Positions 26,646 to 40,885 are shown, counted from the stretch's first letter. The stretch: DNA of 64,000 bases from Eledone cirrhosa (GCA_964016885.1 OZ024743.1:363754001-363818000); one strand, 5' to 3'. Made by a program: numbers and translations. Notes: generated by a model not told the origin, from the letters alone.

Positions 26646-27763
26646 TGCTTGATCCCAACTATGTGATTTGTGGAACTGACTTACATGTTGAACCTTTTTT
26701 CTGCTATTTAGTGTAGCAGGGAAGAAAAGTGTTCGTCATTTTTTCAGGGCCTCTGAGACTCATGGGAGAGAGAAAGGAAGATATGTCGTGACTGCTCCTA
26801 TTTTTGCTGTTGTTTTCTTTTTTGTTACTGCTAAAATATTACCTGCGCCACAGCTGTCACAACTATTGTTAGTACAATCTATCCCAGGTGTTTACATTAC
26901 TATTATCTTTGGATTGTCTTTTTCAGCACTTTCATTATTATCCATGTAAAAGTTGTTGCCGGTGTTACTGCACCTGCTTGAAATATTACTGTAATTTGGG
27001 TAGCCAATATACAAAAGATCCATATTTTCTTTCACCTTCGCTGAAAGAGGAAGTTGTCAACCACTGTTATGAAATCATCTCTAACTGTCACCACTATTAT
27101 GGTCATGTTGAAATGCATTTCTACCGCGAATAATAATTAACAGTTTATATTCCTTTGTATAGAGAAGGATTAGAACAAATAAACACTTCTCTTCTTCCTT
27201 AATAACATAATTTCTAACATAGGCACAATACGATAAAATATTATAATTACCGTATATTGAGGTTATTGTCGACAATCATTTTGTTTTTCAATCTTCGAAG
27301 ATCAATAATATATCTCTTTCACAAAATTTTATTTTTTAATACAGAGAAAAAGCAATTTATTTTATGTTAGGGTTGTGATCGACACCGTGAAACAAAAAAA
27401 AAAATTTCTCTGTTCCTGGCTTGTAATCACTTTTTTTGTGTTGCTTAGGTCCCAAATAAATTAAAAAAAAGTGCTATGAAACGGTTAAAAGTTTGGGTTT
27501 GTAAAAATTCTAAGCTATTCACTAGAATTATTTGTATGCTGGATTTTACGTTGTATGTAAGTTTAATTTGCTTATATTAAATGATTTTTTTATATATGTT
27601 TCAGGTTAAATTAAAATTATAAAATAAAGAGTAATACCTAAAGAAAATTATAAAAGTGCAATAAAGTATAAATTTGTTAAAAAGTGGATTAAAGAGATTT
27701 ATTGATACTGGATTTTTGCACCCTGAATAAAGGGTAAGTTGTGTTTTAAGCATTCGTCTCCAG

Positions 27764-28855
27764 GATGAAGCAGTGGAACTTGGTCGAGGAGGAAGTGCAG
27801 GTGACAAGTCAGAGAAGTCGACACGAACCTTTCTCGGCCTTTTACACTCTTAGGGATGGCCTCTGCTTCTGCCATGACGTGCCTGGACTGTTTGACGTTA
27901 TTGGGGTGCCGTTTGTGCCCAAGGAGTGGCGGCTATTTATAGACAGCTCCGCCACAAGTTTGAAGGCTGTCCTCCTCCACAATGGAAACAAGTTACCGAC
28001 ACTGCCCCTAGCTCATTCAGTCTGCCTGAAGGAAGATTACTACAGTGTGAAAGTCCTCTTGAAAGCTCTGCAATACAACCAGTACAATTGAGAAATCATT
28101 GGAGACTTCAAGATGGTGGCTTTCCTGCTTGGACTCCAAGAAGGCTTTATCAAATTCCAATGCTTCCTCTGCCTTTTGGGACAGCAGAGCCACCTCTGAC
28201 CACTACAAAAGAAAGACCTGGGAGCAGCGAACAGAATTTGTAGTTGGGACGTGGAACGTCATGTGGGAGCCACTGGTTGATCCCAGGATTGTGCTCATGC
28301 CGCCACTGCACATTAAGTTGGGGTTGATGAAGCAGTATGTGAAGGCTCTCAACCAAGAATCAGCCGCTTTTAAGTACCTTCTTGAGTTCTTCCCCAAGTT
28401 ATCTGAAGCCAAAATCAAAGGTGGAATTTTTGTTGGACCTCAGATAAAGGTGTTTGAGTCTACCGAGTTCTCCAATAAGCTCAATGGGATTGAGAGAACA
28501 ACATGGAACTGTTTCAAAGCAGTTGTTAAGGGCTTCCTGGGCAACTACAGAGCTGAAAATTACCAGCAACTGGTGCAGGATCTGATAAAGGCTTTTGGCG
28601 CCATGGGATGCAGGATGTCGCTTAAACTCCATATGCTGGACGCTCACCTGGAAAAATTCAAGGACAAAAATGGGCGCCTACTCAGAAGAACAAGGCGAAC
28701 GATTCCACCAAGATGTGAAAGAGATAGAGCGGAGGTACCAGGGCCACTACAATGAAAAAATGATGGGGGACTATATCTGGGGACTAGTGCGGGAATGCGA
28801 CCTGGACTACAACCGCAAATCCAGGAACTATTTGTTTTTACTTGTTTGCTTTTGA
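27764..28855 (+). pseudogene. Chapaev3-like DDE transposase core, frameshifted
   Basis: WRLFIDSS..SLKAVLLHNGN, GDFKMV..LLG, CFLC.WDSR, PPLHIKLGLMKQ, KLSEAKIKGGIFVGPQI, MSLKLH, SEEQGERFHQD..E.RYQG. Confidence 0.85.
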
Positions 28856-29016
28856 TAAGCTTGTGTAATAAAATAAATATATACTCTGTTGATTTAATTA
28901 TATGAACTGATAAATTTAAAAAAAATGTATTTTTTCTTGAAAATTATGAAAATTCGAAATATCAAACTCCTGACCACAAACCCAAACTTCTGATTAAATA
29001 ATAGTGTTTTTTTTTA

Positions 29017-29202
29017 TAATTGTTTCTATTTTTGGCACAAGGCCAGCAATTACCCAGTACAGTACTGGTACTTTATTTTATCGACCCCGTAAGGATGAAA
29101 GGCAAAGTTAACCTCAGCGGGATTTGAACTCAGAATGGCAAGGGCCGTAACTCTATGCATCAAAGCATGGCGTCCGACCCTCTACCGATACTGCCAATCC
29201 AC
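29017..29202 (-). mobile_element. tRNA-derived SINE (family A) nested in the Chapaev element
   Basis: Near-identical to the other family A copies. Confidence 0.93.
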
Positions 29203-29274
29203 AATGGGATATAACAAACCATGAAATGACACTTAGAACCGGGGAACAAAAAATATATTACACGGTGTTATTAG

Positions 29275-30963
29275 CAGAACTTGAAAAAGTTGATGAGGGA
29301 TTGGCCGAAGAGAAAAGTGTCTTTAATCTTTCAAACTGGTCCACCACACTTCTTTCGCTATCGCCACCAAACAGAAAAAAACTGTCTGCCCTTCCCGACC
29401 AAAAGAAGGCAGCGGGGCGATCTTCACTATGGTCTCGGTCGATAGCCGGATCCGTACTACATACAACAAGAGCTGTTCGACATAACTCAACTCAACAAGT
29501 CAGTAATCCACAGACACTGGCCGAGTGCGTGCACAACGATTTCCTAGAGCCTCTCCGAGTGCTTCATCGCAATTGTCCACCACTAATCCTCTATAGAATT
29601 CGAGAGTGGAAGTTCCACAGACCACATTGCTAGCCTGGTAGAAAGCAGTGAGCGCCTGGCAACATTTCAGATGCCAGGCGCCCAGTCTCGGTCTTTTCTT
29701 GACCCAGGACTGCAACTTAGTGAAAGGGGTGAGCTTCTGGAAGGCTTGTCTCACAAACGGTGACCACACCTGTTCACCGTTTAGGCAGAATTTATGGAGA
29801 TGCCGCAGCCTCAGCGCATGTTTGCGCATCATTAGCCACGGCATGCCCAACTCTCTGCGTAGAGGGTGCTGGCAGCAGATGGATCGCCTCGCCAACGGAA
29901 CCTGTCTCCTTCACAAGAAGTTGAATTGGAGCCGCTCCAATTTGGCGAGGCTCGAACGGGGGCAAGGGACGACGGTCAGGCGGAAGTAGATGACGGACGT
30001 GATGTACGCGTTCGCCACCTCCTCCCAACCTTTCAGGGACTGCTTCCTCTCAGCCCATTTCTGGGTGAGAGTGGCCACCCTGTTCGTAACCTCTTCCAAA
30101 TTCTTATCCAACTGAAAGTCGGGTCTGAGCCAAACCCCGACAACATCACGGTGATGTCGTCCGCATAAGCCGACACAATCTGTCCGCGTCCAGGTTCGAT
30201 CGGGATGCCCTGCAACAGTTTCAGCTTCCGCAGTAAAGGCTCGAGAGTTAATACGTACAGAAGGGAACAGAGAGGGCACCCTTGATGAACCAATCGGGAG
30301 ATCTGAAATGGTTCCGAAAGATGACCATTAACTTTGACCACCGAGCAGATGCCGCTTTGCATTGCCGTGATCCAGCCTCTGAAGACGGAACCGGAGCCAG
30401 CTACCTTGAGGACGACCTCCAGGTTTCGATGGTCGACCCTATAGAAAACTTTCGATTGTTCTAAATGATGTCTCGATTGTCTCTATGATGTACCGCATGA
30501 GGTGAAGGTTGTCGTGTATGGACCTGTTCGGGATTGCACAAGTTTGCGCCTCCCCTACCAAATCCTCGACAAGCGCAAACCTCTTTGCTAACACCTTTGC
30601 CAAAACCTTAAACTCTATGTTTACCAGAGTCATGAGCCTGAAATTATCTAATGGATAATTATTTCCTCATCGGCGTTACTACACTCCGTCTCACAGAACT
30701 GGGAATACTCCCGTTCTGCTGCCAGTTGCATTAGAGCGCTTCGAGGAGATCGGAGAACAAGTCTGGCATATCTACGCAAAGCTCGTAGGACAGATCATCC
30801 AAACCGGGTGACTTACGCCTCGTGCAGCCGACTAGGGCGTCTCGAATTTCGACCGACGTTATCGGCCTTTCACCATTACTTTACTCAGCTGTTCGGGGAG
30901 AGCGCGGAGCCGGAGACGGTACCATATTTCAGTTCCAACCCCGATGGACTACTGCGTCTCTCG
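29275..30963 (-). mobile_element. Tx1 LINE copy 4, ORF2 fragment with a short 5' inversion
   Basis: Minus strand RSIHDNLHLMRY, QGCPL, SAYADD, MPWLMMRKHALRLRHL; plus-strand 30864-30963 encodes the preceding HYFTQLF...DGLLRLS. Confidence 0.88.
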
Positions 30964-30964
30964 C

Positions 30965-32880
30965 CAGCCGATGCTGATTAGGAGTGGCATTGCAAACTGC
31001 GTGCTAGCTGCAAGAATGCACGATGGTTGCAGTGCCAGAGCTAAGGCATGCCCTCCAGACCACAAAGGAACGAAAACTGTGCAATGGGCCTGAGTGGCAG
31101 AGGCGAAGCATGGCAACAAAGCCACAATCCGCTCTTTGACGAACTGGAATGGTCGAGTGGGGCTCAATTCTAAACAGATATGAGCAGTTTTCCTGCGGCA
31201 TTTTGCACACCTGTTCGAGGTAAGCGGGAAAACGAGGTTGGTAGTGAACTATCGTTTCTACCTCGATTGGCTGCCGCGGCTCTCGACGGAAGATGCAGAA
31301 TGCTACGAAAAGCCTTTAACCGCGGCTACCGTACAAGTTTTACCTAGACATGCCAGACTTCTCTCCGATGTCCTCCCGCTGATGAAGAAATACGAGATCA
31401 ATGGGGATGTTATTGACAATGTCTGACCCATAATTCTATTCAACACAGAGTTTACTATTTTGGCCAAGGTGCTAGCAATAAGGTTGGCACCATTCGTAAA
31501 AATCTGATAGGGGGAGCGCAAGCGTGCGCAAACCCGACAGGTATATGTATGGCAATCTCTACCTCGTGCGATACATAATAGTGAGGGTAGGGAGTAATCT
31601 TGATCTCGGTGGGTCTCTGATCAGTTTAGAACAATTGAAAGATTTAGTTAGGGTCTTCCATCGATACTTGGCGGCTGTCCTCAAGACAACCAGCTTCAGT
31701 ACCGTCTTCAGAGGTTGGATAGCTGCACTTAACAGCGGCTTATGCCGGTCAGAATAAATGGTCACCTATCGGAACTGATTCAGATTACGCCTCCTCAGTC
31801 CGTCAACTATACTTCCTGTCCTCCCTTCTGTATTTGCTAGCTCTCGAACCATTACTGCTGAAGCTGGAGCTGTTGCAAGGGATCCTGCTCTAACTGAAAC
31901 TTGAAAAGGCTGTGTTGGCACATGTGGACGACGTCATCGTGATGGTGTCAAACACTTCGGGAATCGACAACTTCTTAGAGGAATGTGAAAGGGTGACTGG
32001 AGCAACAATCAGTCAATAGGTTTGTAGCTCGGCACATGGATAGACAAATGAATGCCGTTCAATAACTTTGTGGAACGCTGGAGGGACGGCCCGGTCAATT
32101 TGTGCGGAGGGCTGGACATCCCGTCACTGATGATGCGTAAACATGCGCTGAGATTACGTCATTTGTAGATATTCCTAAACGGGGAACAAGTGTAGTCGCA
32201 TTTTGTAAGGCACATCTTTCTGCAGCTCGACTCTTTGACCGAGCTGCAGTCGTGTCTCAAGAGATTGGGCACCTGGCATCACAGCCCTCTACTAGTCGGG
32301 CAATGCGGTCTGTGAAAATTTCACTCTAACGTTCTATAGATGACTAATGGTGGGCAAGTGTGACGACGTTCTCAGAGAAACTCTAGGCATCGACGAAATC
32401 GAACTAACCAGTCTGTTCCAGAGAACTTTCGAGCCGGGGACTATGGACAATTTCCAGAAATCCCAAGCTTGGCAGTGCTACCGGAAGCGGGGGGGGGGGG
32501 GGGGGTACAGCCAAATCGAGACAAACTCTACAGGAGCGGAAGTGCTGTCAGACTGACTTGTCTGCGATCCGCGCGGAGTGGTGAAACCGTTCTGCACGCA
32601 TTGAAACCGTTGCTGACTCGTGGAGTTTTGTCGAACAGCTATTATCACGTATAGGATGGATCAGGCTATCGACCGAGTCCATCGTGAAGATCACTCGGCC
32701 GCTTTCTTTTAGCTGGGAAGGGGAGGCAGTTTTCCTTTGTCTGATGGACGTAGCTAAAAGGACTGAAGACAGACACTTTCCTCTTCAGCCAAGCACTCAT
32801 CAAATTTTTCAAATCCACTTGAAAAGGAAGGTGGGATAGAGAGGGAAGTGCTGTCCTCCAGTACATTTGTTAAATGGTAG
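30965..32880 (+). mobile_element. Tx1 LINE copy 5, highly degenerate ORF2 fragment
   Basis: YLDWLPRLS, NLYLVRYI, HVDD, MDNFQKSQAWQCYR. Confidence 0.85.
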
Positions 32881-33044
32881 GTGGATGTTCTGAGATTCGC
32901 CTACTTTGGCTGTGCGCTAGTAGGCTGAAAAGTTTCGAGAGGAGAATGGCACCTTCTTATTGTGCCAGAGCCGCTTTTAATGGGGTATGGAGGCATTTGC
33001 CTTCACAAAGTTTTGTCCTCTCTCGTCTGTTTTCCTTCATCTTG

Positions 33045-36023
33045 GACATGGACATGGACAAACCGTATCGTGTCATCCAGACCGTATCAAGATAGGGTCT
33101 TCTGTAGGGATATAGATAACATTAGCATAGGATATCCACTTTTCAAGATGAACGGCTACACAGACCACACATTTGTGATTTGCGTGGTCCATCTAAATGG
33201 GTTACATAGACAGGAACCTGGCTACTGGAAGCTGAATGCGTCGCTCCCAGCGCGTAAAGACTATAGAGACCGAATTAGCAAATAGTTAAGCGGACGTTGA
33301 CAGGAGCAATCGTCAACAGCAAATGGTGGTTCGCCCTGAAAAGGACGATAAAAGTAGAATATGTTAGGTTTAGCAAGGCTATAGTGATAGAAAAGAATAG
33401 ACAAGAGGGAGAACTAGTTAGAAAACTAGACCAGGCGCTTAGAAAAGGCATTGCGGCCAACGTGCAAGCGGTAGATTGGCCCTAACGCTAAGCACGAATG
33501 CTGTGCTGCCAGAGCTAGGGCGCATGCACTAAGACACGAGGGGACAAAAGCCGTTCAATGAACCCGGGTGGCGGAGGCGCGTCGTGGCACAAAGCCACTA
33601 TCCAGTCTTTAGCACACCACGATGGGCATATGTTGGTTAATCCCGAGCAAATGTGTGCGGCTTTTCAGCATCACTTCTCTCAACTGTTCGGGAGCAATAG
33701 TTAGCCGGATTGCGGAATGGACTTTAGTCCCTACATCAACGGTCTACTGAGGCGTCGTGTTGTGAAAAGTCAATAACTACTGCTGAAATAGGGGAGGCAA
33801 TGACTGGCTGCATGAGTGGGAAATCGCCTGGTTTAGATGGTCTGTTCTACGAGCTGTACGATTATATGCTAGACTTAGTCGGTGACCTCTTTGCAGACGT
33901 CAACTGCAACTGGCAGTAGAACGGGAGAATTTTCAGTTCTATGAGCCGGGAAGCGATGGCACTGTTGAGAAAGGACTCGAACAAGGGGAACAACGAAGAT
34001 AATTTAAGACACATAACTCTGCCTAACGCAGAGTTCAAAATTTTGGTCAAGGTATTAGCAACGAGGTTGGCGATTGTCGTCAGGAATTTTCTAGGAGAGG
34101 CACAGACATGAGCCATTCCAAAGAGATCCATCGACGACACCCTCCACCTCATGCGATACATCGGGTGGGGCTCTGATCAACTTAGATCAATCGAAAGCTT
34201 TCGGTAGGGTCGAACATCAATACCTGGGGTCGTCCTCAGAGCGGCCGGCTTTGTGCTCTTTTTCAGAGGGTGGGTGGCTGCCATTCACATCGACATCTGT
34301 TCTGTGGTGAGAGAGAACGGTCACGTTCCGAACCTTTCAAAAACGTGCTCTGTCCACCAAGGTTATCCCCTCTCATCCCTGTTGTATGTATTGACTCTAG
34401 AGCCATTACAGCACAAACTGGAGGCGTTGAGAGGAATTCCGCGCGAACTGAGATGCGAGAGACCGTGTCAGCCGATGACGTCACCATACTGGTGTCGAAC
34501 CCCAAACACATCGAAGCGATCGGCACTACTGTAACAGAATATGAGGCGGTGATAGGAGCAAAGATTAACAAGGAAACGTTGGTGGGCCTGCAGCTCGGGC
34601 GCTGGACGGACAAACCGCTAGGGGTCAGGTTGGTTCAGATCTCCAGATGGACAGAAACTGAGACGAGGTGACGAGCAAGGTGGCCTCTATTACCTAGAAA
34701 TGGGCCGAGAGAAAGCAATCCCTGAAAGGTCGCGTAGAAGTAGTGAATGCATACATCGCGTGAGTCATCTACTACCGCCTTGTCCAAAGCTTCATCTGCC
34801 TGCACTAGAGCGTTTGCTATTTCGCTTCTTGCGGATGGGACGCACTCCGATGGTTAGGTGGTCCATCTGCTGTCAACACCCGCTACGTGGGAAACTGGGC
34901 ATGTTGTGGTTGATGATGCGCAGACGTGCGCTGCGACTACGACATCTCCATATTTTCCTAGATGGTGAAGATGTGTGGTCGCCTGTCGCTAAGCACGTTT
35001 TTCCACAGCTCATCTCCTTGATGGAGCTGCAATCCTGGGTCAAGCAGAGACCGAGAGTGAACGCTTGGAAACTGAAATGTCTCCAAGTGTTCACTGCCCT
35101 TTGCTAATCCGACTTTGCGATCGGTGGAAACTCCACCTTGGTTTTCTATAGAGGGTTAGTGAAGGGCAATAGCGACAACGTCCTTGGGGAAACTGTAGGT
35201 GTTGACGAAAGCCAACTAACTATTATCTTCCGGAGGACTTTCGGTCCAGGGCCAATGCATAACTTCCAGAAATTCATGGCCTGGCAGTGTTACCGGGGAG
35301 CGTTGCCAGTTCTAGATAAACTTTACAGGCATTGAAGTGGCGTCAGTGAGGCCTATCCGAGATGCGCGCAGGGCGACCAGACCATTTTGCACGCACTCTT
35401 CCCGTGTCCGAGTATCGCTGACTAGTAGGTTTATGTCGAATATCTGTTGTCGCGTGTAGGACGGATCCGGTTATCAGCTGAGTCCATCATGAAGATTGCC
35501 CCACAGTCCTCCTTTAACCAAGATCTCCAGATGGACAGTTTTTATCTGCCTGGTAGCCATGGTGAAAGAGGTCGCATGATTGACGCATCTGAAAGTGTTG
35601 AAGACGGGCACCTTCCTCTTAGGCGAGACTCTCATTAACTTTTTCAGATTTCACCTAAATAGGAAAATGAGGGTGGAGAGGGAAGTGCTGCTTTCTAGCC
35701 AATTTGTTGAACGGTTGGAAGTGAGAGGAGCAAGAATGGTCCTCGTGAATGGGCCTACTCTGAGCCTATTCCTGTAGTATTGAAGATGGACAACTGAGAA
35801 GGGCGCTTGCCCTAACGATCAGGTGGATCTCGACTTTTGTGGGCTTTCTCCACGAGTAACCTGTGAGGTCTCCTCACCTTTGGGGAAATTGTTATGTTTT
35901 TTTAATGTTTACTTTCTTAATTCCTGTTATAAATTCTATTTTACGCAAAATCCCCATACTGTATCGTCCTCTACGGTCTTTAATTTTTCGTTAATGTGAT
36001 CCCTGTGTGGCTAATAAAGAAAG

Positions 36024-36075
<52 letters not shown>
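33045..36075 (+). mobile_element. Tx1 LINE copy 6, 5' truncated, with 3'UTR and (TTA)n tail
   Basis: Starts at WTWTNR..TDH..PGYWKLN; RT motifs; ends CCCTGTGTGGCTAATAAAGAAAGC(ATT)n at 36001-36075. Confidence 0.92.
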
Positions 36076-38520
36076 TGTCATATGTGTGGATGATCTACAT
36101 GGGCTCCATAGGCAGAGACCCGATTACTAGAAGCTGAAGGCATCGTTCACTGAGCGCAGATCCTACAGAGACCCGATTAGTGAATTAGTTAAGTGAGCTT
36201 TAACGGAGACAATCCTCAACAACAGATGGTGGTTCGCCCTGTAAAAGGCGATTAAAGTAGAATCGATAATGTTTAGTTAAGCCAATAGAAAAAACTAGAG
36301 TAGGGAGAGAGCTAGTTACAAAGCTAGAAAAGGCATCATAGCCAATGAGCTTGCGGCGAGATTGGCCCTGGACAAAATGTTCAAAGCTAAGCACAAACGC
36401 TGCTTTGTCAGAGCTAAGGCGTATGCTTTTAGACACGAGGGGACGAAACCGTCCAATAGGCCCGAGTAGCGGAGGTGCGGCGTGGCAACAGAGCCACAAT
36501 TCGATCTTTGGCGCACCACGACGGGCGTATGCTACCCGATCCAAAGCAGATTTGTGCAGCTTCTCTCAACTGTTCCAGAGCAGCGGCAAGCCGGTTCGCA
36601 GGATGGCTACGGAGGCGGAGTGTTGCGAAAAGCTAATAATAGCCGCTGAAATACGGGAAACAATGACTAGCTGCGCTTTGGGTAAATCGCCTGGTTTGGA
36701 TAGTCTATTCTACAAGCTTTACGTTTATATGCAAGACTTGCTAGGTGACCTCTTTGCAGACATCAACTGCAACTGGCAACAGAACGGGAGAATTTTCAGT
36801 TCTGTGAGCCGAGAAGCGGTGGCACTGCTGAAAAAGGACACGATCAAACAGGATTATATTGATAATTTTAGGTGCAGTGTTAGCGATGAGGTTGGCGCTT
36901 GTCATCTTTTGGCTCGTAGGAGAGGCACAGGCATGTGCCATTCCCAAGGGATCCATCCACGACAACCTCCACCTTATATGATACATCATAGAGAGGGTGA
37001 CTAAGGAACCTGCACAAGTGTGGCACTGACCAACTTAGATCAATCGAAAGCCTCGATAGGGTCGATCATCAATACCTGGTGGCGGTTCTCAAAGCAACCG
37101 GCTTTGGGCCTGTTTTCAGAGGATGAATCGTTGCTATGCACAGTGATATTTGCTCTGTGGAGTAAACGGTCATCTGTTTAACATCATGCACTCAACATCT
37201 TGCGCTCGGTGCGCCAATTTTGTCCCATCTCGTCAATTGTGTATGTATTGATCGCGAGCCACTACTGCCCAAATTGAAGTTTACTGCACAAAACGGGGAC
37301 TGGGTGACGAACAGAGTGGCCATTCTCATCTAGATATGGGCCGAGAGGAAGCTATCCCTGACAGGTCAGGCAGAAGTGGCGAACGCGTACATTGCGTCCA
37401 TCATCAACTTCCATCTGACTGTCTTGCCCTATCATAAACCCCATCTGATTGCACTGGAGGATCTGCTCTTTCGAATCTTGTGGAAGGGACGTGTTCTGAT
37501 GATCAGACGGTTCATCTGCTCTCAAAACCTGTTACGTGGAGGACTGTGTATGCCTTGATCGATGATGCGCAAACATGCGTCGAGGCTACATCTCCATCTT
37601 TTCTGAACGGTGACCATATCTGGTCACCGTTCACTAAGCACATGTTTTTCCAGCTCGTCTCCTTGGCGGAGATGCAATCCTGGGTCAAGCGAAGACCCTT
37701 GAGGGCACGTTTGGAAACTGGAATGTTTCCAAGCGCTCATGCCCCTCTATCCATCAGGCAGTACGATCGTTGGAAACTCCAGTTTGGAGTTCTATAAATG
37801 GTTAGTGGCAGAAAAACACGATGGCGTTCTTGGAGAAAGTCTGGACATCGACGAAAATCAACTAGCTACTCTTTTCAGGAGAACTTTCGGTCCAGGCCCA
37901 TGGATATTTTCCAGAAATCCCCGGCCTGGCAACTTTTCCAGTTCAAGATAAACTCTACAAGCATAGAAGTGCCGTCAGCCGGGCCTGTCCGGAATGCGCG
38001 CAGAGTGACGATGCCGTCTTGCACGCTTTTGCTGACTTATGGGTTTATGTCGAATACCTAGTGTCACGTGTAGGACGAATCCGTCTATCACCAGAGTCCA
38101 TTGTGAAGATCGCCCCGCCACCTTCTTTTAACCAGGAAGGACAGGCTGTTATTATCTGTCTCGTTGCCATGGCGAAAGAGGTTATGCGGGGGACACACCT
38201 GAAATGGTTGAAGACAAACACTTTCCTCTTCGGCGAAACCCTGATTAACTTCTTTTTAGGTTTCAATTAAAAAGGAAAATCGGGGAAGAGAGGGAAGTGC
38301 TACATTCAAGCCAGTTTGTTGAAAGGTGGGCGAGAGTAGCGAGCATGGCCCTAGCAAACCGGCCCACTCTGAGTGTGCACCTGTAGATTGGATGAGGACA
38401 TCTGACACAGAAGATTTACTCAAAAGATCAGGACACACGTGGTTTTATGGGGTTTTTTCCATGAGCAGCCCGCGAACGTCTCCTCCCTATTGAGGAATTT
38501 TCATTGCTAAAATGTTTATA
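36076..38520 (+). mobile_element. Tx1 LINE copy 7, 5' truncated, directly behind the tail of copy 6
   Basis: KSPGLD, CNWQQNG, SIHDNLHL, FLFGETLINFF; partial 3'UTR. Confidence 0.9.
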
Positions 38521-38573
38521 GTTATCATTTTTTTAATTATTACTAAACCTGTTTACATGCAAGACCTACACAC

Positions 38574-38631
<58 letters not shown>

Positions 38632-38699
38632 ACTCTGTTTTCGTCCTGTATCATCCCAATGTTTTCTTAATATAAAGCCTTTGTGATGAATTATTATTT

Positions 38700-38892
38700 G
38701 CAGTAGCACCAATATCGGTAAAGCGTCATATACCATGCTTCGTGGCATAAAGTTACGTTCCTTTATGTTCTGAGTTCAAATTCCGCCAAGATTAGCTTTA
38801 CCTTTCATCCTTTTGGGGTCGATAAAATAAAGTACCAGTACCAGTCAAAATTGCTGGCCTTATGTCCAAATCAGAAACCATTATTATTATTC
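38700..38892 (+). mobile_element. tRNA-derived SINE, older relative of family A
   Basis: B box GAGTTCAAATTCC, CCTTTCATCC..GGGGTCGATAAAATAAAGTACCAG, (ATT)n tail. Confidence 0.85.
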
Positions 38893-38989
38893 ATTAACAG
38901 TGGATTGCTATCATATAAGCTCTCAAAAATGATCTTTGTTTGATTATTTCTTTTTGTTGTCAAATCTCATCCGTATTTCGTTAGGAATG

Positions 38990-39580
38990 ACCTAACATAT
39001 TTCATATACGTGACTGCTCACTCTATGAATAGTCTTGCGAATGGCATTGAAATTCAAATCAAAGGGAGTGGAAGGTTTTCTTCCCACGGGGGTAGGCTCC
39101 CTTTTCACAGGAGATGGATTTTTCTGCGTCGGAGATTGGCTCATCCTCACTGAAGAATGTATTTTCTTCACGGAAGATGAGATCATAATTGCCTTTTCCA
39201 TGTATTTCCTTTCGTTGTTTTTCCTTTCGTGAAATTTGTCAGTCCCCATCACCCTCTGTCTAGTTTCCTTCCTTAAAGAGGATAGGGTAGAACTGCTGTG
39301 AGTAAGGTGGCTTCGGCGTTGTCTGTTTCTATCTATTGTTGTTACTGTGGGTTACTCTCATTCTATCTCGTCTCTTTTGTCACCACTACTTATTGCTGAG
39401 GAGCAACAACTCTCGTGGTTTATTACTTACATGCTTTTAAACCTTCTGTGCAAGAAGCCTTTAAATGACTGCTACTATCGCATATGTTACAGCTGGTCTT
39501 CCTTTCAAGACCCACTACTGGGTACAACACTGATATTGTTTTGGGATCTTGCACTCGAACTCATATCATGACAAGCAAAT
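38990..39580 (-). mobile_element. Tx1-type ORF1 remnant (copy 8)
   Basis: Zinc knuckle RKTSCNICDSSSHLKASC (~39450-39500) resembles RRPSCHICAGRGHLKAAC of copy 10. Confidence 0.55.
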
Positions 39581-39654
39581 TAATAATAGATGGGTTCTAT
39601 AAAAGCACACATTTTTGTGTGTGTAATAGCCGTTTATATTAACCTCCGCACATG

Positions 39655-39925
39655 ATTATATCGACCCCCAGTACTTATTTCATCGACCATGAAAAGATTA
39701 AAGCGATGAAAGGTAAAGTTGATCTTGGTGGGATTTGAAATCCCTGAGGACTTGAGGGACGTCACTAAACGATGTAAGGCTTACAATGAATTTTAAGATA
39801 TCAATGTGGGGCTTATTTCATCGCCTATGAAAGATTAAAAAATGTAAAGTTGACTTCGGTGAGATTTGAACTCACTCATAAGGGACATAAAAAATACCAT
39901 AAGGCATTAAGTCTAAGTCTAACGC
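39655..39925 (-). mobile_element. Two degenerate SINE remnants related to family A
   Basis: Two GATTTGAA(C) B-box complements, each with a degenerate central domain. Confidence 0.55.
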
Positions 39926-40539
39926 CGACAATGATGGTGATAAAGCCACAAACAGCAGGAAGAAAAGAAGACATCAGTGTGGTATTGTTAAGATATTAAA
40001 GAAAACTAATAATTTAGAGAGATTAAGTTATTATGGGTGTGAAACTAGCAAAGCCAACAGTCCTATTAGAGTCATTGTTAAACTGTTTCCTCGCGCAGTT
40101 GTAAATTAGAACTGCTTATCCTGAAATAGATCTTAAGTTCAAGTATTCTCTAGACGGCAGTCAGTTTCGGCTTCTACTCCACTGCCTCGAATCAACTATT
40201 GTTAAATACCTTCACACAAATGTGATATATCAGTCGTAAAGACCAGAGGGGGGGGGGGACAGACAGAGATAGAGTGAGCGACAGAGGAAGAGAGAGCGCG
40301 AGAGTGACAAAGAGAGAGACAGAGAGAAGTGAGAAAAAGAGAGAACGTACGTGTGTGTGTATGCGTGTTAGTGTGTGTGTGTGTGTTAGTGTGTGTGTGT
40401 GTGTGTGTGTTTGGTGAAGTACTACGGTACACAACATAATGCGACCATACAGCACACGGCAGTCAATTCACTTTATTTTGCCGACGAAAACTAATTCATG
40501 ATGTATTGCTACCTGCTCCGGTTTGTGTGTGTAATTATG

Positions 40540-40604
40540 TATATATACACTCATATATATATATATATATATAATTATATATATGAGTGTATATATATAT
40601 ATGA

Positions 40605-40656
<52 letters not shown>

Positions 40657-40711
40657 ATCTATATATATATATATATGAGTGTATAGATAGATAGATATAT
40701 ATATATATATA

Positions 40712-40745
<34 letters not shown>

Positions 40746-40885
40746 TGTATAGATAGATAGATATATATAAACATATACACATACGTGTGCGCGCACGCAC
40801 ACACACATACACATATATTCATATATATGAGTGTACATATATATGTAAGTATACACACACACACACAGTGTGTGTATGTGTGTGT
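40540..40885. repeat. Compound (TA)n/(GATA)n/(CA)n microsatellite block
   Basis: Directly visible. Confidence 0.92.

Larger units (their letters stand above)
27383..29267 (+). mobile_element. Chapaev3-type (CMC superfamily) DNA transposon, internally deleted
   Basis: Termini CACCGTG...CACGGTG with imperfect subterminal TGTTCC match; contains a transposase pseudogene; no intact TSD. Confidence 0.8.
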
